From NCBI GenBank assembly GCA_051530055.1, contig JBMGUZ010000050.1, positions 1-20,239 on the forward strand: DNA of 20,239 nt, read 5' to 3'. The stretch's first letter is position 1; each line of letters opens with the position of its first letter. Shown here piece after piece: positions 1-7,902 of the stretch. The notes below the pieces were generated by a model. The model did no database searches and was not told where the DNA came from. It saw nothing but the letters and a program-made list of their open reading frames with translations. The translations under genes and the position numbers were made by a program. This DNA is from Neoechinorhynchus agilis. Taxonomy: Eukaryota; Animalia; Acanthocephala.

Positions 1-517
1 GAATTGAACGTTTTTGGCAACGACTACGATACTCACGATGGCACGGGTTAGTGGCACTAATCAAATACTGATCTGAGAATTCTGTAAAGGCGTTCGGGAT
101 TATATCCACGTTGTCGATCTCGCTGAGGGTCATGTCACTTCAATGAAGAAGTTTAGCGAACCCGGTGTTCATATATATAATCTCGGGACCGGAAAAGGAT
201 ACTCCGTGCTTGATATGGTCAAGGCTTTGGAAAAGGTTTCAGGTAGAAATGTACGCAAATTCATAAAGAAATTATTTCACTTTTAAAGAGCCATATTTAG
301 GTCAGATATTGCATTAAACCACGCAGAGATGGAGATATCGCATCGGTATATTGTGATCCATCCAAGGCGGAACGCGAATTGGGATGGACCGCTAAATATG
401 GACTAAGCGATATGTGTATGTAAAAATTCACTAGAAATTTCCAAATGTAATTGACAATTTATAGGCTCAGATTTATGGCGATGGCAAAGTCAGAATCCAA
501 AAGGATATGAGCATTAA
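1..517 (+). CDS. GALE: UDP-glucose 4-epimerase, C-terminal part (gene starts before the window); exons <1-46, 90-250, 301-415, 465-517
   Basis: Spliced translation [30 protein letters not shown]...[80 protein letters not shown]. Three GT-AG introns (47-89, 251-300, 416-464) restore the frame. Confidence 0.96.
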
Positions 518-532
518 GAGACTATGGAGATT

Positions 533-810
533 TTATACGATCATTAAAAAATATCCTTTCTGATCGATTAATGCAAACTTTTTTTTATTGATTTCAATAT
601 CAATTGAAGGGGTTTCACGTTTTATCTTCTTAAAATTTACGTTTTCGCCTTTTCCTCGAGAATATTGAGCGATTGAAGAACCTTGAAATTGATAATTGAT
701 AAATTTCATATTTTTTGATCAATTCATGTAAATTTTTTTATGAATCTCAGTCTCAATTGAAGCGTTTTCACGTTTTATCTCCTTATGATCAAAAGATTAA
801 CGTTTTAAAG
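533..810 (-). repeat. Diverged tandem direct repeat with about 153 bp offset (about 545-645 vs about 700-810); each copy contains an AG followed by a short open frame
   Basis: On the minus strand, TAAG|GAGATAAAACGTGAAAACGCTTCAATTGA (781 downward) vs TAAG|AAGATAAAACGTGAAACCCCTTCAATTGA (628 downward), translating EIKRENASIE vs KIKRETPSID. Confidence 0.7.
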
Positions 811-1067
811 CAAAGCGAGAGTACTTCAATATAATTAGCAGGACTCACAGTGAGCAAAATGGTCTTTTTTGAAGTCAGCCGGCTCAGATGAGCGTGAGTG
901 GTCGTCTTCTCTCGTCGTCGTCGACCGTCATCCACTGCGGATCCGTCATCCACACCGGATACGTCATCCACTCCTGATCCGTCATCAACTCCGGATCCAT
1001 CATCCACTCCTGATCTGTCATCAACTCTGAAGTGACTACGAGGACCCAAAGGTACATGGGTCCTCTT
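719..1067 (-). CDS. Candidate spliced gene of unknown function with (VDDGSG)n repeat; exon 1067-849, intron 848-782, last exon 781-719; 5' end not found
   Basis: Open frame through the repeat, AT-rich acceptor-like TTGTTTAAG at 1076-1068, consensus GTGAGT donor at 848 and an in-phase TAAG acceptor at 782. No homology recognised, and the 67-nt intron is longer than the others. Confidence 0.35.
925..1032. repeat. 18-bp tandem repeat, 6 units, consensus CCGTCATCCACTCCGGAT
   Basis: Units start at 925, 943, 961, 979, 997 and 1015. They read PSSTPD on plus or VDDGSG on minus. Confidence 0.95.
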
Positions 1068-1500
1068 CTTAAACAAAATAAATAAAATAATTTAGATTTA
1101 AACCTTTCTTGATATTGTAGATATGTTCGTGAAATCAGCGTTGGACTCTTAAGACATAATTAGTGACGTTCCGCTTGTTGGCTAGTTCATTGCGAAAAAT
1201 AGTAAATTTCATTTTTATTTCTGTTTCCTACGGTATCTCATCAATAAGTGTTTATATAAATAAATATTTATAACGTAGATTTATGCTCTGGCTAGAAATA
1301 CAATCTATTTAGTTTTGCTCTCTTGTGTTTTATTTGTTGCTTTCCAATTCTTTATTTACCAAGACTAAAAATCCGCCAAATAGAATCAAATTTTAATTCC
1401 AAATGCCTAAAAACCTATAAGTGTGGTACATTTATGATTCGTTCAATAATGCAATGCTCATGTTACTTGTTTATGGCGTAAAAATTAAATGAATTTATTA

Positions 1501-1589
1501 AATCCGATATTTTGGCATAATATCGTGCCTTTATCAGGGTTGTATAAATGTTTTATTCGCACGAGATTGTACCTCTAAAATATCGGATT
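1501..1589. repeat. Small imperfect fold-back (MITE-like)
   Basis: AATCCGATATTTT (1501-1513) and AAAATATCGGATT (1577-1589) are a perfect inverted pair. Inner arms GGCATAATATCGTGC and GCACGAGATTGTACC pair with 3 mismatches. Confidence 0.75.
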
Positions 1590-1701
1590 AAGCTCGAATA
1601 GTTCAATTTTCAAACGCAATGTTTATTTTGTTTAAATGACCCGATACGTTTAAATCGCAGTGAACTTTGGATTCATCAAAAAGATGTTTTGTCTTCTAAA
1701 A

Positions 1702-2274
1702 TTAAGTTCTATGACCCAAAGATTTCAATAAATTTTCCATGTGGTAAAGGATCATCAAAGGTAAAATAGATCCGATTAAGTAGTATATCACATAAATAAC
1801 TCCGATTCCAGAAAATACACTTGCCAATGAATCGTCCGTAAATGCATTCGCTGAACATATTTGTCCAAACTGCTTAAAATACGACGCAAACTCAACTCCA
1901 TAGGTGATAATAGTTGCAAGATGAAGTCCAAACAGTATAATGATCAGTACAACGATAATCTTAGGATACAGTTTGTACCGAGTTATCAAAGCAACAAGTC
2001 CGAAAACCACGTAAAGGAAATTGAATATCGCAACGAGTATATTCGTTATAGTTGCGATTTGTAGAAATGAGGTCATTGAATTGACAGTGAGATGAGTTAC
2101 GGCGAAATTAGTGGAATTTATAGTCGTTAGTAAAACAGCGAATTGTCCTCTTGCGATGAAGCAAATTAGTCCATTTATTATTCCTGTGATACAACAACCA
2201 CAGCAATAAAACATTACTGCATATATTGTCCCTTCATTTTTTTTGTATTGTGCGAGAATACCATTGTTCTGCAT
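1702..2274 (-). CDS. Intronless 190-aa four-transmembrane protein (tetraspanin/LAPTM-like topology, family uncertain)
   Basis: ATG-to-TAA ORF with four long hydrophobic segments and a juxtamembrane CCGCC cluster. No diagnostic tetraspanin CCG motif in a large extracellular loop. Confidence 0.75.
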   Translation of the reverse strand: MQNNGILAQYKKNEGTIYAVMFYCCGCCITGIINGLICFIARGQFAVLLTTINSTNFAVTHLTVNSMTSFLQIATITNILVAIFNFLYVVFGLVALITRYKLYPKIIVVLIIILFGLHLATIITYGVEFASYFKQFGQICSANAFTDDSLASVFSGIGVIYVIYYLIGSILPLMILYHMENLLKSLGHRT

Positions 2275-2436
2275 TTTTATTTCTCAAATGGGCTAAAGAC
2301 GTTCTCACTTGTATATAATTTTCGTCCTAAATAAAACTTGAGTATTCAACATACCTTGATGATGACGAGGTTTTAGTGAAAAATACAAATAAACCTCAGT
2401 TCTTAAAATATGAGCTTTGCATATATTCTTATCCTT

Positions 2437-2651
2437 AATTTTAATTTAATTTGACAAATACGACCTAGAGTTTATTTATTTTTTGCCCAGCTTTCGCCGT
2501 TTTACGGCTTCAATTGGACAATTGTTAAAGTGTTTTATTTTTGACATTTAAACGCGAATAAAACACTTTAACAATTGTCCAATTGAAGCCGTAAAACGGC
2601 GAAAGCTGGGCAGATAAATAAACTCTAGGCCGTATTTTTCAAATTAAAATT
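2437..2651. repeat. Long inverted repeat / fold-back element with a perfect 56-bp stem
   Basis: 2484-2539 is the exact reverse complement of 2557-2612, with a 17-bp spacer. A further 16-bp match (2464-2479 / 2614-2629) and degenerate pairing extend to about 2437 / 2651. Confidence 0.95.
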
Positions 2652-2784
2652 GAGACATGGGCCTGGAAAATCAAGTAGCGATTCACGCTATTATAATATA
2701 TTTTTATCCATTAAATGGAAATGGTTATTAACTGTGCATCGTAAAAACAGAAAAGTAATCAAATCAAAATGTCGATATGTGAGG

Positions 2785-2952
2785 ATTTAGAAGTATTCAT
2801 TCTGTAAATGATTATTTATTAGAGACGTTTCGAACCTCATCGGGTTCATCATCAATTCTAAAAAAACGAGAGGTGAAATGACTGATGATGAACTCCGACG
2901 AAGTTCAAAACATATTTAATAAAGAATATTTACCGGGTAAAGACTTCTAAAT
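2785..2952. mobile_element. Inverted pair of Penelope-like pseudo-LTR fragments with degenerate hammerhead ribozyme cores
   Basis: Minus: TTGATGA-T-GAACC-CGATGA-GGTTC-GAAACGTC-TCT-AATAAA. Plus: CTGATGA-T-GAACT-CCGACGA-AGTTC-AAAACATA-TTT-AATAAA. Arms 2785-2856 and 2881-2952 are degenerate reverse complements. Confidence 0.6.
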
Positions 2953-3170
2953 AACACTTCTAGTGAAAAAATTGATTAGCGGAAATAATTGGAAGAAGGA
3001 AAATCCATGATTGAAGGTTTAGTTACTATTTCTCCTATAAAATATATAAAGTAATACTTTACGGTGATGTAACTCTTAATTTAAATGCGCAGCAAATGCG
3101 GAGAAACCGGCGAAAGAGAACTAAAATGTCATTCTACAAACATGGTCAAAGATTTTGATCTCAATGTTAG

Positions 3171-3341
3171 CGTCAAAGGAAAGGCACGAAATCCTGTGAA
3201 ACAATGGAAATTGGCGGAACGAATATGAGGAAATCAGACGATGGATATAGCGACGGATCAGATTCACCTCCCAGCCCTATACCTTCAAGAAGGCTCAGGA
3301 CGATCTCAGCATCGGATAGGTTTTGCCGAAGTAAGAAATGA
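3171..3341 (+). CDS. Possible orphan exon (RQRKGTK...SDDGYSDGSDSPPSPIPSRRLRTISASDRFCRSKK*) abutting the duplication junction
   Basis: 57-codon open frame after a TTAG, with higher GC than its flanks. No recognised homology. Confidence 0.2.
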   Translation, partial: RQRKGTKSCETMEIGGTNMRKSDDGYSDGSDSPPSPIPSRRLRTISASDRFCRSKK

Positions 3342-3616
3342 TCAATTTCTATTAAGTATAATTCAATTATTTAAATTTAAGTGCTTTAAAAGCGAATCCT
3401 GTAGTTAATCCATTCGCCAAGGTGAAGAAATCATCAGAAGAGTTTTCTGAGACGCATGTTCCTCCACTGAAATATTTCTCAGATGAAGAAGCCTTTCAAC
3501 TTAATCAATTAGACAACCACTCTGGCTCAATAAAAACGGATTCCCTTCATTCGGAGAGGTCTATGGATACGCCACGATCAGACATAGGCGATCCACTTCT
3601 ATATGATCGAATGTAG
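3331..3616 (+). pseudogene. Duplicated last intron (3331-3381) and last exon (3382-3616) of the claudin-like gene at 11300-12219
   Basis: Near-identical to 11934-12219; the ORF-track entries 3422..3616 and 12025..12219 differ at one residue. Upstream exons are absent. Confidence 0.85.
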
Positions 3617-3824
3617 CTTTGGGGAAAGTGTTCAGCCTTTCATTAGCTCCAAATTAACCAAATTTAATATTATTTACTTAATAAATCGGTTAACCTTTAT
3701 GACAGGTGAGCTCAGTCGTGATTTTAAGAAAATGTCGAAATTCGATGGTTTTGCCGAAATTCCAAATTACGTCACAATGTGTTCAAATCGCCTACAATCG
3801 ACGCTGCTGACGCAGATAATTTGA

Positions 3825-6746
3825 ACACCACTCATCGATCATGTTCAACCTGAGAAGACCAACGCTGCCGGGCTCCCACGCGTCTCTACTGGTTTGTGTC
3901 CGGTTTGCGGTAGGTCTTTTAAATTAACCAATCTGGGGGTTTTGTTTGTCCATGGTCCCCGGGATCTCCGCTGTAGTGGCTCTGGTTCTCCACCACAATT
4001 AACCGAACCTTTCGTGAGTGAGACCCCTCAGATCACCACTGATTCTATTTCGATACCTGATATCGTGCGGTTTCTGCCCAGGAACGTCCTGAAACGGATC
4101 CTTAAAGGCGCGCGATATCTGGTCGCCAAAGCGTTTACGGGATTGGTCAACGATTGCCTTCAAACGAACTGTGGGCCATCATGGACACGGCTCTTCGCTT
4201 TCCCGCGCTTAGTCCTCTGCACCAGCGGTGATTCTGGGGTGTCTTTGACATCAACAATCAAGGAAAGGTTAGCCTCCTTTGAACAAATATTTAACGATTT
4301 TGAAAGGAATCTCCGCGAGGTTCGTAAGGGACGCACGAAGGAAGAGTTTCGCTGCCGTTTTTCAAAGCGATCACTGACTGAACGTGTCTCTTCGAAGCTT
4401 GCGGACGGAGATGTTCGGGGGGCTGTTCGGTTATTGTCATCCTCCGACAGTTTCGCAAAAGGAGACAGCGAGACGCTACAAATACTCCGGTCGAAGCACC
4501 CATGTAGTAGCGGAAGTTTTGAAATTCCATCTCCTCCCATACAAGACAGGACGCCCACTCAAATTTCAGAGTTACAAAAGGCCATCTCATCTTTTGCAAA
4601 TGGTTCGGGTCACGGGCTTGACGGACTAAGGCCTCAGCACCTAAAGGACATGATGTCCTTTTCAACTGGTGAAGCAGCTCTCTCTAGAAAGTGCGCTTTC
4701 TCGAATAGTCGACCGCCTGACTGGAGAGGACCTGAACCCCGTTGCAAAGGACCTATTTTTCGGAGCCTCATTGTGTGCGCTCACAAAAAAAGAAGGTGGG
4801 ATCCGTCCCATCGCCGTATCTTCGACGATACGCCGACTCGCAGGAAAAATTCTCTGCAAACGTATTACAGAGAAAACCGGACAGCAACTTCGTCCAGTCC
4901 AACTGGGCTGCTGCACATCCTGCGGGGCGGAAGCTATTGTCCACTCGCTCCGAAACTTTGCTACGAGAAGCTCAGAGCCGTGCGTGATTCTTAAGTGTGA
5001 TTTTCGGAACGCCTTTAACTCTCTCAATAGAGAAACCATGTTCTGCGCAATTAGGGATCACGCACCAGAAGCCTTCCAGTATTTTCTCAATGCCTACGGG
5101 ACGGCGACTCCTTTGCTTTTCGAAGACCACCTCATTTGGTCCGAAAGAGGAGTGCAGCAAGGAGATCCCCTCGGTCCAATCGCATTCTCCCTAACAGTAA
5201 ATCCAATAGCGCATTCTCTCCATTCCAGCTTCAACGCTTGGTACTTGGATGACGCTACGCTCGGAGGTGATCCCTCCGTTGTACTGCGCGATTTGGAGAC
5301 GCTGATTAGGGAGACCTCGAAGATGGGCATTGAGCTCAATGCTGGAAAATGTGAGCTCCTTGTATTGAATATTGGAGACGCCGCCAAAGTCAAAGAACTA
5401 ATGGCTGGGTTCGAGGCCGTAGCTCCAGGCCTGAAACTCGTGACTCGGGAACAACTCAGCCTCCTGGGCAGTTGCGTCTTCGATTCAAATGTGGAAGATG
5501 AGATCGGCCATATCATACCGAAACTTTCGTTGCTGTGCGATAGGGTGTGCGCTCTCTCGGCTCATGAAGCCTTGTTTCTCATAAAGAACGCGCTCTTCAT
5601 CCCCAAATTATTGTACAAGGTTCGCACAGCAACATTTTTCAAACATAAGGAAGGATTGGCTAAGCTCGACGGCAAGGTGAGGGCTTGTCTCGAGCGTATT
5701 TTAAATGTCCAGCTCTCAGATGAGGCGTGGCGACAAGCTTCTTTGCCTGTGTCATCTGGGGGATTGGGGATTCGGGCACTAGTGAACCTTGCTTTGCCGG
5801 CCTTTCTTGGATCGTTTGAGGAAAGCCCATCAGTATCGAAGAAAATTTTGAAGGAAAAGTTCTGTCTTGGCCGGGATTTCGTGGTGGCGGTTGAGGAATG
5901 GTGCCAGCAGACAGGCGCTGACCATGTTCCAGTGAATGGCCTCAGACAGTCGATCTGGGACGGACCTCTTGTCGCGAAAGCTCATAGCTCTCTACTTTCC
6001 GGTTCTCGCGATGGGGTCGTCAGAGCCAGATTGTTGGTAGTTTCGACACGAGAATCTGGGGCGTGGTTGGAGGCTGTTCCTCTGGCATCAGTGGGAACTC
6101 TTCTTACTGATTTGATAACGAGGATCGCTGTCGATGTGGGTCTTTGGTTGATGCTTTCGGGCGACACGGTCTCGTCTAGTGAAGGTCAGGAGGAAGGTTC
6201 TCACGCCATTCTGAAATCAATAACGCAATTTCTCGGGCGTTGAGAACGGCGAACTTCCCGAACATCCTGGAACCCGCCCACCTTTGTCTACTAGACGGCC
6301 GTAGGCCCGATGAAATTTCGGTCTTCCCGTGGCGGGAGGGCAAATGCCTTCTCTGGGACGCCACGTGTGTGGACACCCTCACAGCCAGCAACATCCGCTA
6401 CTCCCTTGAAATCGCTGGTGGTGCCGCCAGTGCAGCGGAAGGGAGGAAAATACGGAAATATATTCAGTTATCGAGGGCTCACTATTTTGTCCCCTTTGGG
6501 GTAGAGACGTATGGAGCGCTCGGCAGCTCGGCACTCTCTCTCCTCCAGTATGTCTCGAAGAAATTGATAGAGGCAACCGGAGACTCAAGAGCAGGCGTAT
6601 TCTTTCGACAAAATATCTCGCTGGCAGTACAACGAGGCAATGCTGCCAGCGTGATGGCGACGTTCGAGGAAGGACAAAAGCTGGAATTTGGCGGGAGGTG
6701 GTGAGTGTGCTTCAAACAGATTGTTTGAATTGTTAAAAATATATTA
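3825..6746 (+). mobile_element. CRE-clade non-LTR retrotransposon, subfamily A, near full length and inactivated: N-terminal Zn finger, RT, Zn knuckle, RLE endonuclease
   Basis: Motifs CPVCG...H...C, LFFGASLCALTKKEGGIRPIAV, GVQQGDPLGP, WYLDD, LPVSSGGLG, RPDEI...LLWDATCVDT, FVPFGVETYG and ISLAVQRGNAASV. Frameshift at about 4683 and a 43-bp deletion at about 6126. The 5' boundary is approximate. Confidence 0.92.
6711..6729 (+). other. 3' UTR stem-loop of CRE-A (also at 17670-17688)
   Basis: TTCAAACA-GAT-TGTTTGAA, an 8-bp stem 6 nt after the ORF stop, identical in both 3' ends. Confidence 0.55.
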
Positions 6747-6859
6747 TGTTTTCTGAAGAATTCGATTTCAACGTGCATCAACTTCTATTTTAATATTCGA
6801 TTATCCATTTCCATGCTCCAAATAAAGGTGGATAGAGCATACCACGCATGCAACCCTGA

Positions 6860-7400
6860 TTTCCCCCGCCTTCAATTCTCTTTTGCTAATCACATTCTCA
6901 ATTCGCGCAAGGCCTTTCTTGCACATAAACTCGCCTAATATTCCATTCACCTCTGGTGGGAAAACACGAAAATCTTTCGTCAATCTCTCAAATTCGGACC
7001 TCTTTGCTATACTAAATTCTATCAATGCGCAACTTGGTGACTCCGCTAATTTCCTATTCCCAATTGGGCTCTTCGTTTTATCATCCCAGATGTAATTGAT
7101 CCACTAACCCACATAACCAACCAAAGTTTCAAGACCGGAATCTTCCCAAATTGCCTTTAAACTTCTCGGGTTTCACTGCTCCCGAAAGGTGGTAAACTTA
7201 TATTCATCTCAAGTTTTCGACCCATTTCTATCTTACCTTTCTTCTCTATGGTCTTTGAGAAATGCTTTAAAGCACACCTTCTGCCAATCTTCAATCGAAA
7301 AATTTCATCCATTCAATTAGGTTTCCGGCTTTTCGTGTACGGACGCCCCTCTTTGCATCTACGATTCTCTTTTTTTATAAATTCGGATTCGAGGTTTCAG
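6860..7400 (+). mobile_element. Decayed CR1/L2-like LINE fragment (pre-RT and RT N-terminal region)
   Basis: Across frameshifts: PLTHITNQSFKTGIFPNCL*TSRVSLLPKGG...FRPISILPFFSMVFEKCF...QLGFR, the APE-type LINE RT entry motifs. Confidence 0.8.
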
Positions 7401-7557
7401 AAATTTAGATAGAATACTTGGCGTACAAGTCAAAATGTCTGCTGTTCGCTTTCGAGATAGTGAAAATGTAAATTGGGATAAATCTTTGTTTAAATAAGTT
7501 TTAATCTTTTACATAGAAACGTTCGAATCGCATAAGATCCCTGTTTTAGATCTTCGA

Positions 7558-7902
7558 ATGTCGTCGCCGGTCCAATACATTGTTCTAAGGAAAGATTTAA
7601 AATGGCTTGCAGGGGCCCTCATTGCTCAAGCTTGCCACGCTGCTACCGCTGTAATCTTTCAGAACTACGAGGATCACTTAACTCTTTCTTATTTGAAAGA
7701 TTTTGATAATATGCACAAAATTGTTCTCGAGTGCGACGGCGAAAAGAAGTTGAATAACATTCAGCTGTAATTTTCTGAAAGGAACATAAAGTATAAACTC
7801 TGGATTGAAAACCCTGAAAATCGTGGAACCTGTATAGCACTGAAACCTTATCCTAAAAAAGGCGTTAACGATTTGTTTAAGAGGCTTAAACTTTTCAATT
7901 AA
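7558..7902 (+). CDS. PTRHD1: Peptidyl-tRNA hydrolase domain protein 1 with one in-frame TAA at 7768-7770
   Basis: VQYIVLRKDL.W.AGALIAQACHAATA...MHKIVLE...*...KLWIENPEN..TCIALKPYPK...KRLKLFN*. The region spanning the internal stop aligns without gaps to the human PTRHD1 sequence as I recall it. Confidence 0.9.

Noticed and set aside
925-1032. CRISPR-like array
   Set aside because: Units are contiguous with no unique spacers, the context is eukaryotic, and there are no cas genes.
1861-2064. 67-aa plus-strand ORF
   Set aside because: Antisense to the hydrophobic 4-TM gene, with a TTG start and no motifs.
3300-3400. Spliced-leader RNA gene as the CRE target
   Set aside because: The sequence before GT is not an AG-ending SL-like exon, no Sm site (RAU4-6GR) follows, and there is no tandem array.
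4669-6243. Retron, group II intron or DGR reverse transcriptase
   Set aside because: The RT is followed by a CCHC knuckle and a PD..D-type RLE domain and preceded by a Zn finger, which is non-LTR CRE architecture, and it lies among spliceosomal genes.
4160-6781. Multiple overlapping and antisense ORFs in CRE-A (also 16950-17674)
   Set aside because: Shadow frames of GC-rich coding sequence with no independent motifs.
7768-7770. Genome-wide TAA reassignment (ciliate-type code)
   Set aside because: GALE, UQCRH, the 4-TM gene and PTRHD1 itself terminate with TAA (at the expected positions for the recognisable genes), and no other host exon has internal stops.
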